From positions 62,001 to 126,000 of the IMG/VR virus record IMGVR_UViG_3300046787_000408: 64,000 nucleotides of DNA, one strand, 5' to 3'. Below are positions 19,623-28,677 of the stretch, one piece after another. Made by a program: the position numbers and the translations under genes. Numbering within the stretch: the stretch's first letter is position 1; each line of letters begins with the position of its first letter. The notes under the pieces were generated by a model. It saw nothing but the letters and a program-made list of their open reading frames with translations, made no database searches and had not been told where the DNA came from.

Positions 19623-20762
19623 ATGAGTAATTTCTTTTGCGCAGCCCCTTGGCGTGGGCTGCATATCAATCCCCGTGGCGATGTCAAAACCTGCTGTGCC
19701 GGCGACCCCAACATGTTGGGCAACCTCAACAGCAACACCATCACAGAGATACTGGATTCAGATCTCTTAAAACAAATACGCAGCGAAATGTCACAAGGAC
19801 GAGCACACAAATACTGCTCCAACTGTGTACAGGCCGAACGCTTTGGTGCAGATTCAGAACGCAAGTGGCACAACGACACCAATCCCAATTTTGACTATGC
19901 CACAGCTGGAGAGCAGTATCACTATCCTGTGATTGTGGATGTGCGTTGGAACACCACTTGCAACCTCAGTTGTAACTATTGCAGTGAATGGGCCAGCTCC
20001 AAATGGTCAGCACTCAAGGGCATTCCGTTCAAGTCAGGCTCAAGGCCCTACTATGAACAAGTGTGTGACTTTCTTGAACAACACAAATCGCACATTCAAG
20101 ACGTTGCACTTGTGGGCGGAGAGCCTTTGCTGCTACCCGAAAACGAACGACTGTTGGATGTTATCCCAGAAGATTGTGCTGTGACCTTGATCACCAACAT
20201 GAATGTGGATCTTGACAAGAACAAGATCTTTAAGAAACTAGCACAACGCAAACGAGTTGGGTGGAGCATGAGCTTTGACAACATTGGCGACAGATTTGAA
20301 TATGTGCGTTATGGCGGCAAGTGGAGCATGCTAACAGAGAACTTGGTCAAAGTCAAAGACTTGTTCAAACAAGGCCAGTGGGGTGGTATTCATGCAGTGT
20401 ACAACATCTACAATGCCACACGTATTGTGGAGTTTCGTGAATGGGCTGCTGAACAAGGTGTGTCAGTGTTGTGGCAGAATCTGTTTCAACCCGATTATCT
20501 GGATCCGTTCTTGCACGGACCAGAAGTTGCTGCCGCTGCCGCAGCTGAAATTGAAAGATTCTATGCTACAGGCCTAGCAACACCAGCAGAGCGTCAATTC
20601 TTTGACAATGCTTTGACCACATACCGTGCAGTTACACAAGAACGATCAGGTATCACCAGCAAGTTTCGAGAACATATTGCCGAGATTGAAACTCAATACC
20701 ACAAAGACCAAGCTGGAAAGTTTGCGCAGTTGTGGCCTGAATTATCACATCTAGTACTATGA
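19623..20762 (+). CDS. Radical SAM protein with N-terminal SPASM/twitch-like domain
   Basis: FCAAPW..L.I.P.G....CC and C..C, then CNLSCNYC and GGEP. Confidence 0.88.
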   Translation: MSNFFCAAPWRGLHINPRGDVKTCCAGDPNMLGNLNSNTITEILDSDLLKQIRSEMSQGRAHKYCSNCVQAERFGADSERKWHNDTNPNFDYATAGEQYHYPVIVDVRWNTTCNLSCNYCSEWASSKWSALKGIPFKSGSRPYYEQVCDFLEQHKSHIQDVALVGGEPLLLPENERLLDVIPEDCAVTLITNMNVDLDKNKIFKKLAQRKRVGWSMSFDNIGDRFEYVRYGGKWSMLTENLVKVKDLFKQGQWGGIHAVYNIYNATRIVEFREWAAEQGVSVLWQNLFQPDYLDPFLHGPEVAAAAAAEIERFYATGLATPAERQFFDNALTTYRAVTQERSGITSKFREHIAEIETQYHKDQAGKFAQLWPELSHLVL

Positions 20763-21496
20763 AACCATTACACGCTTGGAGTAGCTATGCAGGACAAACG
20801 ATTGATTGGATCAGCCCTGACAGCAAAGAAAACTACCAACAGCACATGAATGATCCTGACAAACGCAAACTGTTGCAATTGTTTGGGTGGGAACACCAAC
20901 AGATCAAGTATACATTCAACAGTGACGGTTTTCGTACAAATGAGTTTGGTGGCGGCCCCAACTTTGTAACTATTGGATGCAGTTTCACTCAAGGTGTTGG
21001 AGTGCATCGTGAAGACACTTGGGCACAATTGGTTAGTGATCAACTGGGATTGCCTGTGTACAATCTTGGAATATCTGGAGCTAGCTCAGACACTTGCTAC
21101 AGAATCATCAAACATTATGCACCAATACTCAAGCCACAGTTTGTGGTATTGCTGGAGCCTAGAATCAATAGAACTGAGCTACATCACAACGCAGGCCAAC
21201 CGCCACATGTGATCAACTGGGCATATGACGCTGCTTCCTGGGGCAACAGTGCCTATACAAAAACTTGGTTAAGCAATGATACCAACTTGCAGCTACACGC
21301 AGAAAAGAATCAAGCAGCAATTGCGCATGTGTGTGCTCAACTTGGTATTCCTGTAGTAATGTATGCACCCGACGACTACCTAGATCTTGTGGTAGACAAA
21401 ACACAACTGGACTTGGGTCGCGACTTGTTGCATCCTGGACGCTTAAATAATCGTGCATTTGCGCAAGTGGTATATGACCACGTGAAAGACTTATGA
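20759..21496 (+). CDS. SGNH/GDSL-like hypothetical protein
   Basis: TIGCSFTQG, NLGISGAS, and D..HPG near the C-terminus. Confidence 0.55.
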   Translation: MKPLHAWSSYAGQTIDWISPDSKENYQQHMNDPDKRKLLQLFGWEHQQIKYTFNSDGFRTNEFGGGPNFVTIGCSFTQGVGVHREDTWAQLVSDQLGLPVYNLGISGASSDTCYRIIKHYAPILKPQFVVLLEPRINRTELHHNAGQPPHVINWAYDAASWGNSAYTKTWLSNDTNLQLHAEKNQAAIAHVCAQLGIPVVMYAPDDYLDLVVDKTQLDLGRDLLHPGRLNNRAFAQVVYDHVKDL

Positions 21497-23079
21497 GTAT
21501 CAAACCCACATTAGACACAGTGCTGGTAAAATCCCCGCACCGTAAAGAAACATACACACAAGACCAGCTAACTGAGTTTGCTCGTTGTGCTGACCCTGTA
21601 ACTGGTCCCATGTATTTCATGGATAACTTTTTCTATATTCAGCATCCCACACGAGGCAAGATGTTGTATCAGCCATTTGAATATCAAAAGCGACTGATTG
21701 AAAATTATCACAACAGCAGATTCTCAATTTCCTTGATGCCTCGACAAACTGGTAAGTCAACATCAGCAGCAGGTTATTTGCTATGGTATGCTATGTTTGT
21801 TCCTGACGCTACTATTCTAGTGGCTGCACACAAGTATCTAGGCGCACAAGAGATTATGCAACGTATAAGATATGCTTATGAGTTGTGCCCCAATCACATT
21901 AGAGCAGGTGCTACCAGCTACAACAAAGGCTCGCTAGAGTTTGACAACGGATCACGTATTGTATCGCAAACCACTACAGAAAACACTGGTCGTGGTATGT
22001 CTATCACGCTGCTGTATCTGGACGAATTTGCGTTTGTGCGACCCACAATTGCCAAAGAGTTCTGGACTTCTATTACGCCTACACTGAGTACTGGTGGTAA
22101 AGCTATTATTACAAGTACTCCAAACTCCGACGAAGATCAGTTTGCGCTGATTTGGAAAGGTGCCAACAAAGTCGAAGACGAGTACGGAAACCCTAGACCC
22201 AATGGCTTGGGTATCAATGGATTCCGAGCGTTTCGTGCGTTCTGGCGTGAACATCCTGATCGTGATGATTCATGGGCTGACGAACAACGAGCACAGTTGG
22301 GAGAAGAACGATTCCGTCGAGAAATGGACTGCGAATTCGTTATCAACGACGAGACCTTGATTAGTCCACTAAAATTGTTGGATCTCGAAGGTGTAGAGCC
22401 CTCCAGCAAGACTGGACAAGTGCGTTGGTACAGACCTATACAAGCAGACAAGATCTATATTGTGGCCCTGGATCCTAGTCTAGGCACCGGGGGTGACCCT
22501 GCTGCTATACAAGTATTTGAAGCAGACACCACAGAGCAAGTAGCTGAATGGCGACACAACAAAACAGACGTGCCCACACAAATCAAGATCATGGTAGATA
22601 TCATAAAAGAACTACATGCTGTGGTCAAAGACGAAAAAAAGATCTACTACTCTGTAGAAAACAACACTCTAGGCGAAGCAGCACTAATTTCTATCAACGA
22701 ATACGGTGAAGAAAACATCCCGGGTTATTTTCTCAGTGACAATTCAGTACAAGGACAAAACGGGCGCAGAATTCGCAAGGGATTTACCACCACAAACAAA
22801 AGCAAGATTGTGGCCTGTAACAAGTTCAAGATTCTAGTGGAATCGGGGCGTATGAAACTGTACAGTAAACCCTTGATTAGTGAACTCAAAAACTTTGTTG
22901 CACTGGGCAGTAGCTATGCAGCCAAGCCTGGCGAAACAGACGACCTAGTAATGAGTACTTTGCTAGCTACCCGCATGCTGATGTTGTTGCAAACTTATCA
23001 CCAAGAACTAGATTCGCACCTTAAAGATCATGGGGACAACATCATTGAACCTATGCCTTTCATTTCTATGATGCGCTAA
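21493..23079 (+). CDS. gp17: Terminase large subunit
   Basis: PRQTGKST Walker A, LLYLDEFAF Walker B, ITSTPN, ALDPSLGTGGD and DDLVMS nuclease motifs. Confidence 0.95.
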   Translation: MSIKPTLDTVLVKSPHRKETYTQDQLTEFARCADPVTGPMYFMDNFFYIQHPTRGKMLYQPFEYQKRLIENYHNSRFSISLMPRQTGKSTSAAGYLLWYAMFVPDATILVAAHKYLGAQEIMQRIRYAYELCPNHIRAGATSYNKGSLEFDNGSRIVSQTTTENTGRGMSITLLYLDEFAFVRPTIAKEFWTSITPTLSTGGKAIITSTPNSDEDQFALIWKGANKVEDEYGNPRPNGLGINGFRAFRAFWREHPDRDDSWADEQRAQLGEERFRREMDCEFVINDETLISPLKLLDLEGVEPSSKTGQVRWYRPIQADKIYIVALDPSLGTGGDPAAIQVFEADTTEQVAEWRHNKTDVPTQIKIMVDIIKELHAVVKDEKKIYYSVENNTLGEAALISINEYGEENIPGYFLSDNSVQGQNGRRIRKGFTTTNKSKIVACNKFKILVESGRMKLYSKPLISELKNFVALGSSYAAKPGETDDLVMSTLLATRMLMLLQTYHQELDSHLKDHGDNIIEPMPFISMMR

Positions 23080-23089
23080 ATATACTACT

Positions 23090-25072
23090 ATGGCCCAAGA
23101 ACACAACATTGAACAAAAATTACACGACCTGCTGATCAGCCGGGACTTTCATCCTGAATTAACTGGCAAAGACGGCCGTCCAAGCGATGCTGCTGAAGCC
23201 AAAACATTCACGTTTGACTATATTAGCAGTACTGGCAAAAACTACGGCACCATGGTAATTGTGTTGGCCAATGACAATGAAATGAAAATCATGTACGGCG
23301 ACAATTTGGGCAGGACCATGGAAGGCAACGACAAGCAAGAGTTCTTTGACTTTCTCCAGGCCGTACATCAGTTTGCTGTACGAAACTTTTGGACACCTTC
23401 TGCTGAAGATCTCAGCAAGCTCAAGTATGTGCAAGCTGGCATGGCTGCTATCAAAGAAGGCTTGTTTGAAGGCTACTATGGCAATCGTCGTGTGAGCTAT
23501 GCTGGCGAGCCCACAGAAGCCAGAATGATGATTCGTCACAGTCGTGTGCTAGGCGAAAATGATGCTAGATTCCGATACATTGAAAGTATCTATATTGAAA
23601 CAGCTGACCAAGAACGTTTCAAACTACCATTTACAAACATGACTGGAGCTCGAGCCATACTAGAGCATGTGCGTCAAGGCGGTAAGCCCTATGATGTGCG
23701 TGGTAATCACATTTGTGAGATGGTGAGTGAACTCAAGGTCTTGAACCGTTTTAATCGAGCCAGTGCTGGCCGTGTAATGGAAGGTGTCACACAAGCCATT
23801 GTGGAACAAGCACAAGCATATTACCAAAGCCTACGTGAAAGTCTCAAACGCCTGGGTCACAGTCGCGGCTACGCTACCTACTTTGAGTCATGGCACCCAG
23901 CAGAAATTGCTGAACACGAAAGCCTAGTAGAAGATATCAAAACCATGTTTGTGCAACAAACATTGGACACCAGAATCGAAGCAGCATTGCCATTGCTGGC
24001 TCGCATACAACAACAAGGAAATGCTATGAAAGAAGCTGAAATTTTTGAAAGCTGGATCAACAATATAACTGAAGGCACATGGAACTTGCCAGAAACACCT
24101 GAGCAAGTGGCCAAACTAAAAGACCTCATGAGCCAAGAACTTATTGTGGGCCCTGATGCTACCAATGCTACTGAGCAACTGTACGACTTGGTAGGCGATG
24201 ACGAATTGTTTGATCGTCTTGGTGATCTAGCTCAACGTGATCCGCGAGCAAACGCCTGGAACGACACAGACGTTATGGATCGTCTGCGTGAGTTGGGCAT
24301 CGAAACAGAAACACAAGCACCTGCTGGTGCCGAAGGTGATGCAGCACCAGTTGACCCTGCTGCTGAAGTTCCTGCTCCTGAGCAACAACCGATAGCAGAA
24401 GCTGGCGGTGCAAAACAATACAGCGCATTCAAGCGTGAGTGGCGTGCTAAACACGGTAGTGATGCTAAAGTTCCAGCATACGACAGTAAAGAATACACGT
24501 CCTACTGTTATCGCCAAAACGATAAAAAGCAAGGGGTAGCAGAAGAAATCAATGTCATGCGCAAGGCAGCTGGGTTGCCAGTGGTAGAAGGTCGTATGCT
24601 TGACGAAAGCGGCGAAACATTGAGTCATATCATGGATCGGTTCAAACACGAAGTTGATCAGTTTGAAAAAGGCGGCGACCTAGACGACGATTTGTACTAT
24701 GCATTGTTTGACTACTATTCAGACCACGGTGAGATCCCATACGGCATTGCTAAGGGTCGTGATGGAGATCCTTTTGAATGGATCACAGATCGTTTAGATC
24801 AAGAACTTAGTACAGGCAATTACGCTCCGCGAGTATCAGAAGCAGATGCACTTGCTACATTTGAAGTCATGAGTGGATTTGACGCACCAGTTGCTGAAGG
24901 GTCATGCAACATGACTGCTGAGGGCGAGTACTGCCCAGAACATGCTTTAGCCGAGTGTGGAGGCATGTACGAAATGGGTACTGTAGCTGGATCAGTAGCG
25001 CCTGTGATTGGTGAAAATCGAGACAGTGATGCATTGCTGGCACGAATAAAAAGTCTGGCACTGATCAAGTGA
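23090..25072 (+). CDS. Large modular acidic protein, probable head-associated
   Basis: 660 aa ORF after a TAAATA motif. Modules are separated by xAE/xxE sites (QGVAEE, PVVEG, PVAEG). Confidence 0.6.
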   Translation: MAQEHNIEQKLHDLLISRDFHPELTGKDGRPSDAAEAKTFTFDYISSTGKNYGTMVIVLANDNEMKIMYGDNLGRTMEGNDKQEFFDFLQAVHQFAVRNFWTPSAEDLSKLKYVQAGMAAIKEGLFEGYYGNRRVSYAGEPTEARMMIRHSRVLGENDARFRYIESIYIETADQERFKLPFTNMTGARAILEHVRQGGKPYDVRGNHICEMVSELKVLNRFNRASAGRVMEGVTQAIVEQAQAYYQSLRESLKRLGHSRGYATYFESWHPAEIAEHESLVEDIKTMFVQQTLDTRIEAALPLLARIQQQGNAMKEAEIFESWINNITEGTWNLPETPEQVAKLKDLMSQELIVGPDATNATEQLYDLVGDDELFDRLGDLAQRDPRANAWNDTDVMDRLRELGIETETQAPAGAEGDAAPVDPAAEVPAPEQQPIAEAGGAKQYSAFKREWRAKHGSDAKVPAYDSKEYTSYCYRQNDKKQGVAEEINVMRKAAGLPVVEGRMLDESGETLSHIMDRFKHEVDQFEKGGDLDDDLYYALFDYYSDHGEIPYGIAKGRDGDPFEWITDRLDQELSTGNYAPRVSEADALATFEVMSGFDAPVAEGSCNMTAEGEYCPEHALAECGGMYEMGTVAGSVAPVIGENRDSDALLARIKSLALIK

Positions 25073-25085
25073 TTTAAATATGGGC

Positions 25086-25667
25086 ATGCTAAACTTCAAA
25101 GATGCCCAACAAATCCTTCCCACAGTCTGGCGCTTGCCAGACTTTTTCTTGGACTACGAATCTGTGCAGCGCAGTTATCGCAGAGCAGAGCAGCCGTGGA
25201 CCACACAGTATCCCAACAGACTACTAACACCCTGGGCTACTAATTCCTTGTTGGAAGCAGCCTTACAGCAAGCACCTGACTTGATTCAAGAACTTACCGG
25301 GCATGCAGTACAGTCGCAAGTGTCCTATGCCAGTTTGGATCTAAGCGGCAGCAAGATTATGATGCATAGATTGCATCCAGACATTAAGTGTTTTATACAG
25401 GTGTACATGGGCCAAGAGCCAGCACCTGAACTCAGCAGTGTGTTCTGTAACAATGTAACTGTAAATGCCGAACACCCAAATGACTATGCTGACATATCAG
25501 AGTTTAGTTCACAAGATTTAGTCAAAATAAAGTACCGCCCCAACGAAGCCTGGCTCATGATCAATCAGCCTAGAACGTTCTTTGGAACGGCACATGAAGT
25601 TGCACCTAACTCGGTGCGTGAAACTGTAAACTTACACTTTGGCGCGGAACTGCCAGCAAGCACTTAA
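25086..25667 (+). CDS. 2OG-Fe(II) oxygenase-like protein
   Basis: HPD...QVY...H...R..V layout. Start re-picked at 25086, 5 nt after TAAATA. Confidence 0.55.
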   Translation: MLNFKDAQQILPTVWRLPDFFLDYESVQRSYRRAEQPWTTQYPNRLLTPWATNSLLEAALQQAPDLIQELTGHAVQSQVSYASLDLSGSKIMMHRLHPDIKCFIQVYMGQEPAPELSSVFCNNVTVNAEHPNDYADISEFSSQDLVKIKYRPNEAWLMINQPRTFFGTAHEVAPNSVRETVNLHFGAELPAST

Positions 25668-26171
25668 CCGTGTGCCTGTGATAGTGTCTGCATGATGCTC
25701 TTTGAGATCAGTGTTTAAGTTGATATAGCCTGTGTTGGGAACAAAATCAAAACGTGTGCGAGGATCACTGTGAGTAAATTCAGTACCATGTACATCACCG
25801 TGTGTCCACAAGTACACTTGATAAGTCACAACCAGTAAGTCAGCATCTGAGTGATATGGGCAATGCCAATTACTCAAATCTAGCCACATCTTGCACTCTG
25901 CGGGCATTAGCTTGACCCCAGTAATTTTTTCTAGCTCAGGCATGATTTTGGGAGCCATGGCTTGCAATTGTTTTAGGGTAGGACTATCTGGAGTCAATTG
26001 CAACCGATATTCCAAACAGTCAGGGTGACGATGCCAAGAGTCTTGATGATTTAGGTGTGTGGTGGCCAACTGTTGAAAGGTGCTGTCAGCAAAGCAGTTT
26101 TTTACGCTCCATAGTTGGCTAGCAACAGAGGTAACGTCAGAATCAGTATCATAAATGCGGTGTATGGTCAT
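25632..26171 (-). CDS. 2OG-Fe(II) oxygenase-like protein
   Basis: MWLD...YHSD...YQVYL...EHH...TRLS. Start re-picked at MTIHRIY (26171), 5 nt after a minus-strand TAAATA. Confidence 0.65.
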   Translation of the reverse strand: MTIHRIYDTDSDVTSVASQLWSVKNCFADSTFQQLATTHLNHQDSWHRHPDCLEYRLQLTPDSPTLKQLQAMAPKIMPELEKITGVKLMPAECKMWLDLSNWHCPYHSDADLLVVTYQVYLWTHGDVHGTEFTHSDPRTRFDFVPNTGYINLNTDLKEHHADTITGTRLSACWQFRAKV

Positions 26172-26190
26172 AATGTTATTTACAAGATGT

Positions 26191-27516
26191 TTATTGCTGT
26201 GTGTAGAAAGGTTTGTGAATAAACTCACAGATGTCATTTAGCTGCTGCTGAGGCAAAGACATCAGTAGTTGTTGGTTGTGGTCCAGCACCTCACGATATT
26301 TGGCATACATGGTTCTTGGATCATGATGATACAAGCGTACTATCTGCTGCCAGGCCATAGTGTAACGTTTGGCATTGTCAGGTTCGCTGTCATAACTTTC
26401 GTCAATATCGTCACCATGAAATGTTCTGAACCCTAATTCATGCAATCGATTCAGCAACCCAGCGGCTGCAAACATAATAAAAATACGACGACCAAACAAA
26501 CATTTGGCAGTTTTTTCAGTTAAAAAATTACTTGACGATCCCCAATCGGCTGTTTCACATATGATGCTGTACCAACTACTTTGATAAACTCCCCAAGGCA
26601 CAATAACACTCATGGGGGCATTTTCGCCTGGAATGTTAAACCCTACTCTATTGACTAAATTTACACTGTACTGATCTCTTGGAGACAGATCTTTGGTTCG
26701 GTCTTTGAATTTTTGTACTATAGGCTCTTCAAGATCATACAAAGCAGGGGAAGTATAAGACTCAATAATTCCGTGCTTTGCTACTCCCTCAGGGTCAACT
26801 TGGTCAATCCATAATGGATCTGGCCAAGGCCTTGGCTGTAAGTTTATCAAACACTGATTGATAAAATCAGACTCCAACAAGCGATACAATAGGTAAAGTC
26901 TACCTGTTTTGAGTGTGCCCATTAGCACATCAAACATGTATTTGCGAAAAGGTACTGTTGTTTCGCTGACATCTTGAATTTGGTTAGAACACGCCACATA
27001 CGAAAAGAAACTCATTTGATCGTTAAAAAATCTATCAGTTGGCGGGTTAGAATATGATTGATGGCCAGCAAACACACATTTGATTTGATCGTTGTGTATG
27101 GCATTGTTGATATCACCATAAATGCGCGGCCACCAGCTTTGCATGGGTTCGGTGCTGTGAGTTATCACAATGTCTGCCCAATTAAGATTGATGTTGGCTA
27201 TCAAGGTTGGTTGATCTTCAATTGGTCCGGAGTCAGCAATTTGTCCACCACTCAGTGGCCTAGCAAAATGTTCAAAAAACAACAACGCTACTTTTTTTCT
27301 GGTGTCATTGTGCCCAAATTCCCCGGGGCCCGGAGGTCGCACACCTCGATAGATCTCAGCACGTGGAAACCATTCCTGCCCCAGCATCAAGGCTTTGTTG
27401 TACTCCCACCATGAATGCGGATCCCATACAAACCATTCCGTTTCATGTCGCATGTCAGGATTGCTGGTCCAGACCCTGCGATGATTGTCCCATACATAAA
27501 AAACATTGTTGTCCAT
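26191..27516 (-). CDS. Hypothetical protein with glycosyltransferase-like C-terminus
   Basis: SIICET....FLTEKTAK......F.......L..L..LGF.TF....DESYD motif, recalled as recurrent in phage glyco-islands and loosely GT10/exostosin-like. Confidence 0.5.
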   Translation of the reverse strand: MDNNVFYVWDNHRRVWTSNPDMRHETEWFVWDPHSWWEYNKALMLGQEWFPRAEIYRGVRPPGPGEFGHNDTRKKVALLFFEHFARPLSGGQIADSGPIEDQPTLIANINLNWADIVITHSTEPMQSWWPRIYGDINNAIHNDQIKCVFAGHQSYSNPPTDRFFNDQMSFFSYVACSNQIQDVSETTVPFRKYMFDVLMGTLKTGRLYLLYRLLESDFINQCLINLQPRPWPDPLWIDQVDPEGVAKHGIIESYTSPALYDLEEPIVQKFKDRTKDLSPRDQYSVNLVNRVGFNIPGENAPMSVIVPWGVYQSSWYSIICETADWGSSSNFLTEKTAKCLFGRRIFIMFAAAGLLNRLHELGFRTFHGDDIDESYDSEPDNAKRYTMAWQQIVRLYHHDPRTMYAKYREVLDHNQQLLMSLPQQQLNDICEFIHKPFYTQQ

Positions 27517-27562
27517 TGCTATACTTATTGAACAAAAAACTTTGCCTTTTGTATTGCAATGC

Positions 27563-27661
27563 TAAATAAAGTCGTATACAATACAACTTGTATGCACAGG
27601 CAACATACAATCTAAGAATATTAGATAGGCAAAACATAGGCAACTTACAGGAGATATTACT
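27563..27661 (+). promoter_or_regulatory. Structured 5' leader of gp32
   Basis: TAAATA, then hairpin GTATACAA/TTGTATGC (27574-27595), hairpin ATCTAA/TTAGAT (27610-27626), three AGGCAA copies and an AGGAG RBS. Confidence 0.5.
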
Positions 27662-28654
27662 ATGGCATCATTAGCAGAAATTCGCGCAAGACTACAGGCA
27701 GCAGAGAACAAAGGTGGGCAATCCACTGGGGGCGGAGACAAATCGATCTATCCGCATTGGAACATGGAAGAAGGCCAAAGTGCCGCACTGCGTTTTCTTC
27801 CCGACGGCAACAGCAAAAACACTTTCTTTTGGGCAGAACGAGCCATGATTCGACTGCCATTCAACGGCGTCAAAGGTGAAATGGATTCCAAGCAAGTTAT
27901 GGTCCAAGTACCTTGCGTTGAGATGTGGGGCGAAGCTTGCCCAATCTTGGCAGAAGTGCGCACCTGGTTCAAGGACAAGAGTCTTGAAGACATGGGTCGC
28001 AAGTACTGGAAAAAGCGTTCATACATCATGCAAGGCTTTGTGCGTGAGAACCCAATTGCTGACGACAAGACTCCGGACAATCCAATCCGCAAGTTTATCA
28101 TTGGACCACAGTTGTTCACCTTGATCAAAGGTGCCTTGATGGATCCTGAATTGGAAGAATTGCCAACAGACACTCTGCGTGGCTTGGACTTCCGTATTGC
28201 AAAGACCTCCAAAGGTGGTTACGCAGACTACAACACTAGCAAGTGGGCTCGCAAGGAATCAGCATTGACTGAAGCTGAACAAGCAGCCGTAGAAACACAT
28301 GGCTTGTTTGACTTGAGCACATTCTTGCCCAAGAAGCCAACTGATGTTGAGTTGAAAGTGATCAAGGAGATGTTTGAAGCATCTGTAGATGGCCAGCCTT
28401 ACGACACAGAGCGTTGGGGTCAGTACTTCCGTCCAGCTGGCGTTAATGCCCCAGCAGGCGGCGCTACAGATGAGGCAGCACCAGCACCAGCACCAGCACC
28501 AGCAGCTCGTCCAGCACCTGTGGCAACTCCAGTTGCAGAAGCAGCACCTTGGGAAGAAGACGCTGCTGAAGCAGCCGCAGCACCAGTTACTGCACCCAAG
28601 GCAACACAAAATGCACAAGACATTTTGGCCATGATTCGTTCTAGACAAAAGTAA
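27662..28654 (+). CDS. gp32: Single-stranded DNA-binding protein
   Basis: LRFLPD, VPC.EMWG..CPI, YWKKRSY, DF.I.KT.KGGYADY..S.W motifs and an A/P-rich acidic tail. Confidence 0.9.
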   Translation: MASLAEIRARLQAAENKGGQSTGGGDKSIYPHWNMEEGQSAALRFLPDGNSKNTFFWAERAMIRLPFNGVKGEMDSKQVMVQVPCVEMWGEACPILAEVRTWFKDKSLEDMGRKYWKKRSYIMQGFVRENPIADDKTPDNPIRKFIIGPQLFTLIKGALMDPELEELPTDTLRGLDFRIAKTSKGGYADYNTSKWARKESALTEAEQAAVETHGLFDLSTFLPKKPTDVELKVIKEMFEASVDGQPYDTERWGQYFRPAGVNAPAGGATDEAAPAPAPAPAARPAPVATPVAEAAPWEEDAAEAAAAPVTAPKATQNAQDILAMIRSRQK

Positions 28655-28677
28655 GTCTATTGCGTTAACCACACGTA

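Noticed and set aside
21493-23079. Intein or intron in terminase, helicases or UvsX
   Set aside because: Lengths are normal, motifs are contiguous, and there are no C/S...HN-C/S/T splice junction insertions.
28478-28504. GCACCA hexamer run in gp32
   Set aside because: It is an ordinary Ala-Pro linker before the acidic tail.
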